Source: Lama guanicoe
Lineage: Eukaryota
Direction of reading: 5' to 3'
DNA length: 64,000 nucleotides
Assembly (NCBI GenBank): GCA_013239625.1
Contig: MU053376.1
Coordinates: 2,631,078 to 2,695,077 of the forward strand
Part shown: in pieces, positions 22,200 through 34,238 of the stretch
Position numbering within the stretch: position 1 is the stretch's first letter
Layout: the number at the start of each line of letters is the position of its first letter
The notes under the pieces: model-generated
The model's input: only the letters and a program-made list of their open reading frames with translations
Database searches by the model: none
Told to the model about the DNA's origin: nothing
Position numbers and translations under genes: made by a program

Positions 22200-23430
22200 C
22201 TGTGGGCATTTCCTGACCTTATATCTCTGAGTTTGGAAGCCAGGCCAAGGAAGTAGAGATGGGGATAGAGTGATGACAGGGAAGGTGAGGCGTATTTGGC
22301 AAGCATAATTCAGGCATTCCAGAGTCCCTTGGTCATACGCTATTTATTGCCACCCAAATCCCTGTGGGGTCTCTAATAATGAGATCCCTGATCTCTGGAG
22401 ATCAGGGTTCTCTGCCTTAGCTCTTGCCTCCTGAGACCTGAAATTCCATCACTGGCCTGTTAGATCACTGCTCCAGGTCCTCCAAAGAAGAGGGCTCAGA
22501 TGTTTTGCTATGAATCCGTTTCCTTTTTCATGCCATTTACCAGGTCTAGTTTGTGGCACAGCCTATTCACAATGGGGCACAAGAGAAGATCAGGCCTCCT
22601 CCCTCCGGGAGGCAGCAGCCCTTGAGGGCTAATTGGTAGAGGTTCTACTGGAGATGTTTCCCTCTCTCCAGGCTCTGCTTTTTACAGCCCTCCCTGCCCT
22701 CCCAGGACTGTTCTTATTCCAAACTTCAGAACTTGTATGACAGAGTCATCTAAAGTCATTTGAAAGCTTATGATGCAATTTCTATCTTTTATGAATAATG
22801 TGGGTTCTTGGGACGATTAGAAGAGATGGTGTTTTTGGTGTTCAATCTGGTGGAGAAGGTGGAGGAAATTAATGGTCATCCACATGGAACCTAACATCTG
22901 CTCCTAAACATCACCGAATGGTCCTGAATAATACTGGGGGCATTTCCAATCAAGGGGGTCTTAGCTAATGCTATTTTTAAAAAATTTCTACCAAAGTAAA
23001 GAGGATCATGGTAAACCATATTTGATGACTGCCTACTCAGAACCCATCTAGGGATAACCCAAGCAAAAGCACTTCCAAAATGCTGAGTTGGTGGCAGGAT
23101 GGGGCAAATGGATCTCTGGTGATGTGTGTACAGTTGACGTCCTTCCGTTCACCACCACTTGTGACAGACGCACCTAGGCCAGGAATGCATGCACCTGTCC
23201 CTGCCAATGCATCCCCCTATGTGGAAAACCATCGCATTAGATCTCATAATAGAACAACTCCCCCTCCAGCCCTGCCATACCATTTTAGTGGTATAGCTAC
23301 CAGAGATGGAACTAGTAGCCTCAGTACTTGGTCACAGTTTTGTCATTTGAAAGGCCAAATAGCTGAATGTCTATTGTAATTTCTGGCATTCCTGAAAGCC
23401 CTATCTAATCACATCTAATCAGAGTAACAG
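22200..23430 (+). mobile_element. Fossil Ty3/Gypsy (sushi-like) pol fragment: RNaseH-like region, integrase zinc finger and first part of the catalytic core
   Basis: One frame 23024-23430 reads DDCLLRTHLGITQAKAL...MDLW*CVYS*RPS...LSLPMHPPMWKTIALDLIIEQLPLQPCHTILVV*...KPYLITSNQ. This aligns to chromovirus integrase (HD..GH.G..WW..D..YV..C..C...PLP..PW..IA.DF...LP....TIL..VD...P..IVSD). First D at 23240, second position (D>N) 59 codons later at 23417. Weaker RNaseH-like motifs at 22200-22610. Confidence 0.8.
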
Positions 23431-24544
23431 TGATGGTAATGTGTAAAAATTATGTTGTTCGGATTTATAGTCACTACTGAACATTTAAATATAGGTAGGT
23501 ATTCTAGATGTAACTCCAGGTGAAAAAGTCTCCTTATGTGTTTTATATTAAGATTCTATTGATTCAAATGACTATCAGCCATTTGAAGGAGATACATATA
23601 TAAAATCCATGTATTATTATAAATACGCCCTGTGATTAATGATGACTGTTAAAGCTATTGATTGTATATACAAAAAACTATTTTAAATATTCAAATAAGT
23701 AGAGAAATCGTTTGACAGTTGATATAAATATTGAGAGGTCATTATATAGATAACTCTAGGGAAAACATAATTTTTCATCCAACAAACATCTAATATTATT
23801 AAATAATTACACAAGGCAGAATGATAGATTAGATTGCATCAAAGTGATAATTTTTATAAAATTGCTTGATATAGTGGTCCTCATGGTGTTAAACAAAATG
23901 ACTTTTAATAGCTGTATCGAGTTATTTCAGTTCATTTAGGCCACTAGATTTCTAAGAGCAAGTACTGTAAGGGGCTCAGCAAAGCAGAGTGGACAGGAGA
24001 ATGTCAGCTCTGGCCACTCCAAACGTCATAAACGGGGAACCTTCTAAATCATATGTAACATTCATGATAAATGATCATCAAGCTGAATATAATCACTTAT
24101 TATAAGATATATGCAGAAAAGAAGAAATTAAGGAAAAGTGAAGCAGCTCCCAAATATCTTGTGCTGCTTTTGATGACAGTTGAAGGTGAGGATCTACGAA
24201 GTGTCACGAAGAAACAATTTTGTAACCACAGGAAGCAGCTGCTGGCAGCACTGACAAATTCTTGTTTCTGCATGAGAATACCAAACTTGAAAAATTTGGA
24301 AAATTAAATATTCGTAATATATTTGCAATAACTATTAAACTGTTTGGGGTATAATGTGTAATTTTGTTTCCTATAGCATCCAAATGCATGCCATGATATT
24401 GAGAGTAAGCTTTGATCTGCATTTTATACTTTGATTCTTGGACATTGGCATTTGTGCAAACTTTGAGGTACCCCTAGAGATGCACTTTGCAAAGTGGTAG
24501 ACTTCTAACTTAAAACCAAACTTCTGCTTTTCCAGGCAGAGTTC

Positions 24545-25120
24545 AGCCAGCTCCCAGGGGCCACCTTGCCATTTGCATAATTTCACCTTTCACCTCTCAA
24601 ACTTGACTTTTTAAAAGCTCTCTTCAGTGCTCTCCACATTTATGTTTACTGAACCAGGTCAGCCAAAATATATTAACTGATCCTGGAATAAATAATTCCT
24701 TACAGTTATCCACAATGCAGGCAGTAATTGGATACCAATTTGCCAGCACAGTGTGTGTTTTTTTTTTCTACATTATCTTTATCCTCTCACTCAGAAAGCA
24801 CCCATTTTATATAAAGTACTGTTTTCATCATTGACACTTCACCAAACCAGTGAACACCACAAAAACCTCAGCTTCTTATAAATACCTGGTAAGATCTTTC
24901 TGGAAGACCTTCAGAACGTTCTCCACAAGGCCCAAGAGAAGTATGAAACATGCTCATTCAGTCACTCAGAACCTGAAGGGGAGGCACCAAGTCAGTAAAC
25001 TCATTTGCAAAATGGACTCACGGTGGTGAGTCCAAATAGTTGACACAACTACTTCTGATCTTGCAGTACCCAGATCCACGGGCTGGGACCACGGTCGAGC
25101 CACTGAGGCACTCATCTTTG
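24545..25120 (+). mobile_element. Continuation of the Gypsy integrase: third catalytic position, C-terminal helix and GPY/F-like region
   Basis: DFLKALFSALHI (24605-24640, cf. FWKAL..L.I), GQPKYIN/ILE* (24657-24691, cf. GQTERVNQILEQ), TQKA/PFYIKYCFHH (24789-24831, cf. T..SPF...YGFHP), EDLQNVLHKAQEKY (24903-24944), CKMDSRW (~25007-25027), all in the expected order. Confidence 0.8.
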
Positions 25121-25275
25121 GCCTAATAGTTAAAGGGGCATCAAAAACTTGATAATCAAATAATATTTTAGCACAATGTTTTTGAAAATAAAAATCATTA
25201 CATAAAACCTCATGTTGAACATCTCTGTAGAAAAATGCGAATCAATCTCATTCCTGCTCAAGTATATGGCATCAT

Positions 25276-26290
25276 TGCAATATTATGATTTATAACAAAT
25301 ACTTATTTTGGTCTTTAGCCACAGTTCTTGGCTCACAGCTCCCCAAACCCTTGGAATTTCCTTAATGATAAGAGCAATGGGAGAGGGAAACTCCATGAAA
25401 AAAATTAATAAGTAAACCTAATTACCTCCCCCTGCAAAAAATAAAAATAAAAATAAAAACTTAAAAACAAAGAAAGAGCAATGGGAGCATCTTTCACTAC
25501 AATATTTGCTCAATTGCCTTCAGTGCCTGAAATGGTTTTAGAGCCGTAAAGGTGAAATGGCAGTCTTGTTACTTATAAAAAGCCTCTTTCAATCACATCT
25601 GAGTTTATGTTAGTGGGGTGACTTTTGGAAATTCTCTAAGAATGGGGCCTGGTTGCCAGGGGAACCAAACTTGTGATTACGTGGTTTGAAAGGTTAGCTC
25701 CATTCCCTGACTTCCAGGGGGGAGGAGAGGCTGGAGATTGAGTTCCATCACAATGGCCAGTCACTTAATCAAGCATGCCTATGTAATGAAGCCACCATAA
25801 AAAGCCCCAAATGATGGAGATCAGAGCGCGTCTGTGTTGGTGAATACATGGAGATGCAGGGAGAGGGCATGGAAGCCCTGTGCCCCTTCCCCCATGTCAT
25901 GCCCTGTGCATCTTTTCCATCTGGCTGTTCCTGAGTTACATCCTTTTATAATAAACTGGTAATCTAGTAAGTAAAATGTTTTCCTGAGTTTTGTGAGCCA
26001 CTCTAGCAAATTAATTGAACCTGAGGAGGGAGTCAAGGGAACCCTAGATTTATGGCCAATTGGTCTGAAGGTTGGTGTCTAAGGGTCAGGGGAAGCTAAC
26101 AAGACTGAGTCTAGTAGGACTATGAGACCTGATACTACCTCCAGGAGGACAGAGTCAGAATGGAGTTGCATTGTAGGACATCCAGCCGGTGTTGCAGCAT
26201 TGCTTGGTGTGTGGAAGTTTCAGAAGTGAAGGAGTGTTGTAGTGAAGTATTGAGAGCAGGGGCGAGATAGGAGAAGTGTGTTTTTCTTTA
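25276..26290 (+). mobile_element. MER21-like solo LTR
   Basis: 5' 'tgcaatattatg...ttttggtctttagccacagttcttggctcacagctccccaaacccttggaatttcc', AATAAA at ~25950; related to 44468-45230. Confidence 0.8.
25384..25473 (+). mobile_element. Headless vic-1-like SINE (3' part only) with perfect 14-bp TSD, inside the MER21-like LTR
   Basis: 'taaacctaattacctccccc' plus A-tail, as in 14270-14415; TSD aagagcaatgggag at 25370-25383 and 25474-25487. Confidence 0.85.
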
Positions 26291-26839
26291 GTAAAGAAAA
26301 TGCAAATTAATCTTATTCCTGCTCATCTATATACTGACATTATCTAGGAAAAAATGAGGTCCCCAGCCCTTGCTGGCTGTGTCATGTCTCCGGGGATTTT
26401 TGTGAGATGTGAATACATGCAACTCAAAGCAGTGACGCCAACCATCAGAAAGAACCAGCTGGCTGAAAATCCCTTGTATTTGGCAATTAGAATATTGAAA
26501 CCATAGAACACATGATGTAACATTATCATTGCCTGGAACAAGTGATTTAATTTATTATCTAAATTTAAGCACCCTAAATATACTTCCAAAGAAATCCCCT
26601 GGTTTGGAAAGCAACAACAATAATGCAAATAAATAAATAAAACTGAAGGAAGAATATGAACAATGTTAAAGACAAAACACTTTTGGAACATGAGAGCCAG
26701 AAATAAAAAAAAAACTAAAGATATTTCAAATACCATTTGATGACTGTGTTCACAAAATTGACCACTAGCCTTTGTGAGCATGACTGATGATAATTTTTAA
26801 ATGAACGATACTGGAATTTCAAATAAATTGGTACGCTAC

Positions 26840-27350
26840 ATTCAGTGTGATGTTCTGAATGCAGAATCTAGAATCTACTGTCGAATTAAATCGTGGGTCC
26901 TCCATCTACCTTCTATGTGTCCTAAACTCTTTGTGTCTCAATTTCCCTATTCATAAAATGAGGATTTAAAAACTATTATTTACCTCATAAAATTGTGGCT
27001 ACTAAACAAACAAATATTTATAGACCTATCCTGTACTTTAATGAGATAAAAAAATAGACAAAGTTTGTTGCCTTGTGGAATTTATATTTTGGAAAGAAAA
27101 GACAGGGAATGAACAGTAAGCATGATGAACAAGTAAATAGTGTAGCACGTTAGAAGGTGAAAGTTACTTTGGGAAAGAAGAGGAAGTGTAATGGGTAAAG
27201 GTGATTGGAAATGGTAGGAGTGGGTGGGAGGTAACTTAAAACAAGGTAGTGAGAGTAGAATTAAATAGTTTGAGGATGAAATGAAATGAATATAAGGTAC
27301 TTATCACAGTGTGTAATATATTGTAAACAATAAACATTAGCTATGGTGAT
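26840..27350 (+). mobile_element. MIR interrupted by an L2-like fragment
   Basis: 'ctctttgtgtctcaatttccctattcataaaatgagga' MIR core; resumes near 27270 with 'tgaggatgaaatga...aaggtacttatcacagtg'. Confidence 0.6.
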
Positions 27351-29459
27351 GATAAGAATGCTAATTATGATTCATGAATCCTGTGTTATAAATTTTAACA
27401 TAATTTAAGTATGCATTTTCTTCTTATTATTATTCACCTCATTTTCCTAAATAAGTATTGGACTGAAAAGAAAATAAAACCAATATAAGCTGGTATCAGT
27501 TATTAAAGCACAACATGTCAAACTCTGGTCCAGGATGCTCAGAAAACTCATGGTTCTAAATACAGTCCAGCCACCACCCTGGTGAGATCCAGTACCTAGT
27601 GCAGTTGAAAGGTGGTGAACCCTCCTCAGTGCTCTGGTCTTGCCACGACTATACTGAATAACTATGGTTGTGACATGACATATATAGTAGAAAACACTTA
27701 ATGCATTCTAAAAAGTGAAAAGCAGGCTTTGCAGATGTGCCCGTGGATATGTGGCGATTTGTCAGTTACCCTGGCAGGCGGTGGGGCGAAGCAGATGTCC
27801 CATTAAGAGAAGGCAGAGAGCACAGAGCGCTGTGATGTGCATATGGATGTATAAGCAGTCTGACAAGGATAGAATGAGCAACGTGAAACTTGCAGGCAGG
27901 ACATGTCAGAAAATAAAATTGGAAAGATGCCGCAATAAAGTTCTTTTAAGCAACTGTGAAGTTTGGAATTTACCCTAGGTTACAGAGAATCATTAATTTA
28001 AAAAGGAGAAAGAATATGATTGGATATGCAATATAGAAAGATTCTTTTAGCTTCTTGCCTAGAAGATGATTCCTTGAGACAGAAGGGAGGAAGGAAACTA
28101 CTTACAAAGTTATTTCAGCAGTTCATGAGACAACTGATGTGACTAATAACTAGATATAAATAAGCATGAATTAATAACCAACTCAGTGACCACTGTATAG
28201 GGTTAGTGACTTTGTATTGTGAATTGTAGGCAGTGAGATGGGAAAGGGAGACTGAAAAGAAAAAATAAAAAGAATTTCAAGATCACCTGAAAATGGCATC
28301 ATTATCAGGAAAATAGACCCTTTTTAGGATTAAGCAGTTCAAGTCTAGGTCTACAAAGAAAAATAAAAGCAACACTTGAAGAGTTTTATATCAAAAGGAA
28401 GAAGAAAAATCGATTCCAGGCCATAGAGTGTTTTAAACTTAAGAAAGTTAATGACAGGGTATAACGGAGGGACAAGGTCCAAAAGGAAGACAGAGAAGGG
28501 AAATAAGAGAAATGCGTTCACGTGCGCTAAGACTGACGTACAGGAGTATGGTTACAGACAGGGATAATCGGAGGCATTAATTCGGTGGGGTTACACTGAA
28601 CGCATTCCACCTCCATCAAGCGGGATGGGAGACTGTCCAAGGGCGGGTCGAGTGAGAGACGTGGAGCTGTGGCCTCCACATTCTACAGCAAGAAGTCACG
28701 GCGTGGCTGCTGGGGGCTGTACCTTAGAGACCGAGTAGATGATTCAAGAAAAATGCATATCTTTTGTTTCTAAAAACAGATGAATTACAGGGCAAAAAAA
28801 GGATGAAGAGACAGAGGATTGAAAGTATGATCCTAGAAAAGACTCGGCCAAATATTTTTAACTTTTGGCTCCATAAAGTTGCTTTCCTCCCATCCCTTCT
28901 CTCTCCCTCTTGCGTTGGTTCCAACCACATCCTATCAGGAACTGTACTGTGGCCATCAGGACAGAGCGGGGGACGCACACAGAGGGTTCTGGGTGACTTT
29001 CCCTGTGTCACTGTTTTCCTTGGCTGTTTTACTTTCCTGTTGTTACTCACTGACCACTACCCACCAGTGCTGGTTCCGATTTCCCTTGTAGGTGGTCACC
29101 ACTTTGTTGATTCTACTGTAATGCGGGGTTCCACCCTGCCAGAGGCGCCTGCTCCATGCAGTTTCTCGTCAATAACCCCTCCACTGAGATCTGCTGCTCC
29201 ATCCACTCCAAGTGGATGAATATGTCCACAGGAAGTGTCACGTCTTTTAGTCTAATTTAATTCAGATAATCCAGCCTCTAAGCAATCATTTTCTTTTGAT
29301 TACTAAATGGTAGCCTTGCTTTTTAAAAAAGATCTATGTCCTTCTGTCTATGATCAAATTCTCCTATAGACTGAGTTGGAGTGAGGGATATTGGTGTTCT
29401 ATCCAGCCTCTGACCAAACTTGAACTTTTTTTCTGTCTGTGGGCAATGTTCTGGGCAGT

Positions 29460-29626
29460 TTTTTTTTTAAATTGAAATATAGTCTGTTTGTAATGCTGTG
29501 TTAATTTCTGGTGTAGAGCATAGTGATTCAGTTATACATAAATATATTTCTTTTCATATTATTTTTCATAATAGGCTATTACAAGGTATTGGATACAGTT
29601 CCCTCTGCTATACAGTAGGATCTTGT
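29460..29626 (-). mobile_element. Short L1 3' end with 11-bp TSD
   Basis: T-tail then 'aattgaaatatagtc...ttccctctgctatacagtagga'; TSD ttctgggcagt at 29449-29459 and 29627-29637. Confidence 0.9.
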
Positions 29627-29859
29627 TTCTGGGCAGTCTGAATTATTATTATTATTTTTAATGTAGATGTTAAACCTAGGCATTCAGGAACCTTACCCTC
29701 AGTTTCCGTCAATCCCTATGGCATTTACCCTGAGGGACTAAATGGTCTGTCTTAATGTCCCAGAGTTCCTACAAAAATATATAAGTCAGATCCCACTGTA
29801 ACTCCTGATACAAAAGATGTTTAAGCAAAAATTGAAGTCCAGTGGGAAATGGATGATAG

Positions 29860-30260
29860 CTAAATATGTGAAGGTATGCTAGAGGCTATGACACATAAGC
29901 TCTTTAATTTCAGTGGTTTAATGCAGTTGAAGCTTCTTTCTTCAATTTGCAAAGTCCAAAAAGGTTGTCCCTGGTCAGTTTTCCTCCAGATAGTGACCTG
30001 GGGACTCGGGCTCCTGCTCTTGTGTCTCCATTGTTTTCAACAGATGGCTTCCAAAGTCACCCTATTTATCTTCATCAAACTGTCAGGAGGCAAAAGAGAG
30101 AATATAAAGAAGGGGGAACCATGTATTAACCACCTCTCCTTCACCTATTTTTGTATCACCTTGTCTTAAAAGCTGTCTGAGCAGATGCTTCACAGCTAAA
30201 GCTGTTTTCTAAGAAAGGGGATTCCAGCTCTTTGGTGGGCAGTCAGCCATCTCTGCCACA
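29860..30260 (-). mobile_element. Old MaLR LTR (MLT1-like)
   Basis: 'tttcagtggtttaatgca...ttggtgggcagtcagccatctctgccaca' antisense MLT1 signature. Confidence 0.6.
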
Positions 30261-30501
30261 CATCCAGTGAGTCAGATTTTCCTGGTCTGGATATTTCCTC
30301 AGGAGCACTGTAGCCTGTGCTCAAGTGCTGAGTAAGAGATGATACTAAATGTATTCCCGAGTTGAAAAATTGCAGGGTAGATATGATGGGGGCAGGCAGG
30401 ACTGCCTGCTTGGCTTGGAAATCTTGTAGTCATCTCAAATTTAATGTGTACCAACAGGAGCTCTTTACCTGCTCTGTCTGCCATGTCTGACCCATAGCTA
30501 C

Positions 30502-30943
30502 TGTTAAAAAGAAACAGTAGGCACAAAATGGAGTTACTTGTGCTAAGCCCCACATCAGCAAATCATGTCTTAATACTTAACCAAATTATGTTTTCAGCTT
30601 CTCCCAGGAATGTGACTTATAACCAGTTAGTCTGGAAATTCCTGGTCTGTACTAGTGAGGTAATCTGCTACATAGAACCCTACCTTCCTCCAAAGGAAGG
30701 TGACCTTGCCTGAAGTAATCCTTTATTTATGTCCTGGTCCCATCCATCTTCTTAGAGCTTCTTTCTGTTTTCTAGATGGGATGCTGCCTGATTCATGAAT
30801 CGTTCAATAAAGTCTATCAGATCTTCAAATTTGCTCAGTTAAATTCTTTCTGTTTTCTAGATGGAATGCTGCCTGATTCATGAATCGTTCAATGAAGTCT
30901 ATCAGATCTTCAAATTTGCTCAGTTGAATTTTGTTTTTTAGCA
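30502..30943 (+). mobile_element. ERV1-class solo LTR with 4-bp TSD
   Basis: TG...CA termini; TSD ctac (30498-30501 and 30944-30947); AATAAA near the 3' end. Confidence 0.88.
30759..30928 (+). repeat. 85-bp tandem duplication (2 copies, 3 mismatches)
   Basis: Units 30759-30843 and 30844-30928. Confidence 0.95.
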
Positions 30944-33367
30944 CTACCAGATCTCTTTTCTTTCCTTCATGACCACATTAGTATCATTAGCCACCTAGGT
31001 CCCAAGTGAGAATCTTAGGGATCGCCTTGAATTCTTCCCTGCTTTCAGATTCTCAGTTTAATCTCTTTTCATATTCTGTTGATTTGACTTCCAAAATCTA
31101 TTTTAAATATTTCTTCCTTCTATCTCTTCTGCCATTTCTCTAGTCCAAGGATCATTATCTCTGATTTATAATAACTATCATAGCCTCCTAACTGTTCTTC
31201 CTACTTCTATTTTTGCCATCTTTAATTCATTTTGCATTGAACAAACCCAGAGACCTTTTTAAAATGCAAAGCTTATTATGTTAATCTGCTTAAAACTCCT
31301 GATGACTTTCCACTGCACCTAGAACATATTTCAAACACCATAACACAGTCTACGAGATCTTGGATGACTTGATTCCTACTTAACCCTCCAACTTCATTTG
31401 GACCCACTTTCTTGCTTGCTCCTGCCATGCTGGCCTTGCCCCAAATACACCCAACAGTTTCCTATCTCAGGTCCTACATTCATGTTATTCCTCTTCATTT
31501 TCTATTTCCTCAGACAGTACTTCCATGACTCTCCCAATCTAAAGTGAATCCCTCATTATTTTCTCCTAGTACCTTTCATAGATCTCAACTTATTTTGTAA
31601 TTACGCACTTGTTCATTTACTCTCTTGTTAGACTGCAAATTCCATGAAGGCAGAGGTCATGTGTATTTTCTTCCTCAATCATATCTCAGCACTTAGCACA
31701 TAGTGAATGTTTAAAATATATCTGTGGGAAGAATGAATGAATGGGTGGATTATCAGGAGCTATTGAAATATCTAGATTCAGGGTAAAATTGGGAATTGTA
31801 TAATTATAATAGATTGAATGAAAAAAATTTTGATTGAGAGATTCTAGTGAGAGTGAACAGTTGGCTTAGTGCATATAGGAAAATGGAACATGTGTGGGTA
31901 AAGATAGAAGAAAGCAAGGAATGGTTCAATGGGAGAGTGTCGAGATGGAGTTCAGGAGTTCTGAGATGACTAGGGTCAGAGTGTAGACATAGTGAGAAGT
32001 GCAGAGCTGATGAAGATCAGCAGAGCTGGAGAAATAGGAATTGCAGCATAAAGATGTCAAAGAGGACAACACAGTAGAAACAAATAGACCTGGAACATAG
32101 GTGATGTTTTAAAAGTGTTAGTTCATGAAGTGAATGAGAATAGCAGGAATCTGGATGGAGAAGAAAAATGGGAGAGCAAATGTCATCCCTAAAAGCCATG
32201 TGGACAGTGAGCAGATTTACATGCCAGAAGTAAGTAAATGTAAGGATCAAGGGTTGGCAAGACTTCTAATAAAAATAGATGAATGGGTTGAATGGCATGA
32301 CAGGATAGAAATTTCTCTTCTATCATAAAACAAGTGGGAGTGGAAGGTGGGGATTTCATGAGGAAAAGCAAGCTGGGCATGAAACAACATCAAAATAGCT
32401 AGGTTTCTGTTAAGATAAGAGGCAATCAGGGTGAGCCTGTTCAACAAGACCAGCTATGGGTTTGGTTCTTGTAGGAAAGTCTGATGATGGAGAGTAGAGT
32501 GGCTTGGCTTATTTTGATGGGAAAACAGAGGTGATGTTTTTGATTTGTTTGTCTTTGTTTTTGTTTTTAGGCAGTAACTAGTAGCAGGGATGAAGGAAAC
32601 TGAACGCTTAAGTAGCAGGCTGGGAATAAAATTCAGCACAAGGGCAGGGAAGAACAAACTAGAGCAAATCCTATTGGTTAAGAAGGTTGAGGTAGGTGGC
32701 AGGAAGATTCCAAATTGATAGCTTTATTCGTGTAGGCATAGTTTATTCCAAATAAACCCTCCTGAATTTACTTAGATATTTGAGAGCTGAGCAACAAATG
32801 CTTTCTAGAGCTCTTTTGTTTTTCCAATGAATAGAAAGCACTTCATTTTTGTCTGAATTCATGTTTATGAATTCGGTAGAGTCAGGAGGTCAGAAGTCCA
32901 TATCCTGCTTTTCTCAGGCTTCAGAGGCCAGTGAGATGTGGAGCCTTTTGATTCAGTCCATTCATCCTTATTTTTAAACGGGAGGAAGGTCCTGCCATAA
33001 GTCAGCAGTTCCTTTTCCTACTCATTATTTTCCCGACGTTTGTCATGCAATTAGAATGACTGAATTTACAATGACAAATATTAATGACCAAATAGCTAAT
33101 TCTCTATTTTGGGAACTTCAGCTTGTCCATTGCAGGCCCAGTTTCTTCTGACTGACTCCACTCTCCTTGCAAAGGCTCATGAAACCTTTTCAGATAAATT
33201 CAGGTTCCTGTGTAGGTTTGGGAAAGCTGATTTCATGAGACTAGAGTAAAGGAAAGACTTTAGTGATGGAAATCTTATACAAATGAATCAGTAGTAGTCA
33301 TTTTATATAAAAAGTATAGTGGTGGAAAAGTCATCAAGCCTCTTTGCTTCAATAAGCACTCTAATGA

Positions 33368-33926
33368 TGTTGCTGAAAAACTGGCCTCTGTACCCTAATG
33401 GCCAAATTGAGACTCAGAGACAGAGTTTGGGGAGAATTAGAAAAGGGTAGCCTTGTTGCTTTGCCAGGCAAATGGGGAGTCACAGCAGGCTGATGTCTTA
33501 GTGACTGTGAATCCATCTTGGGCTTGGTGTCCTGAGGTTTTACAGAAAAAACAGATGGAACAGAAAGGAAACTATAATCAGGATGTTTCCCAGGGTGCTG
33601 TATTCTTGATGAATCTTGATGAATCCACCTGACGTCACAGAGAAGCTCCGGAGGGTCTGTTCATTCTTCTGAGACTATCAGCCTGTGACCACCTTCCTGG
33701 AACACAGCTTCTGGGTTAAAGGGTAAGCTATTCTGGGTAAAGAGCGTATAGGGGGTGGAGAGTGTAATGGGCACGTTGGGGGCTGTTAAGCTCAAAAGCA
33801 ATTGAGCAAGTGAAGCAGAGATTGGCATTTGTCAGAGAAAAGAGAAAAACAAGTTGCAAGAATTTTAAGTAGAATGAATCAGCTTTAGCATCAGGGAAGC
33901 CATTTTGTTAGTTTCCTACTCTTTCA
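33368..33926 (-). mobile_element. ERV1-class solo LTR
   Basis: Reverse complement starts ...acaaaatggcttccctgatgctaa and ends cagaggccagtttttcagcaaca, shared with the LTR at 35655-36221. Confidence 0.8.
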
Positions 33927-34238
33927 GAGACATGAGCCCACTGAGGAGCTACAGGGAAAGAAAAATCTTGGTAATTTCCAGTGTTAATTCAGGAGAGGGG
34001 AATAGCTTATCCTTATTTTTATGGGGGAAGGTACAGCTCTTGAGCTGCCCTCACCTCCTTCCCCACTCTCACTGTATGGACATGGGAGTGCTGTGTTAAT
34101 TAACCATTGATGGTATTTTGTATCATTGAATCTTTACAGGATGAAGACATCTTCTTGTCTGTGGGCATGGGAGACTCTCACCTAAGGAGCAGGGCCATTC
34201 AGGGCATCAATCACTTGACTAAATCTGTGTTTCTTTGG

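Larger units (their letters stand above)
30400..31745 (+). mobile_element. L2 LINE 3' portion, interrupted by the LTR at 30502-30943
   Basis: 'catctcaaatttaatgtgt'...'tagactgcaaattccatgaaggcagagg...cacatagt...gaatgaatgaatg' L2 3' end. Confidence 0.8.

Noticed and set aside
23080..23379. 99-aa ORF as a domesticated Gypsy-derived gene
   Set aside because: It is in a different frame from most integrase motifs; the integrase frame has many stops and mutated catalytic residues.
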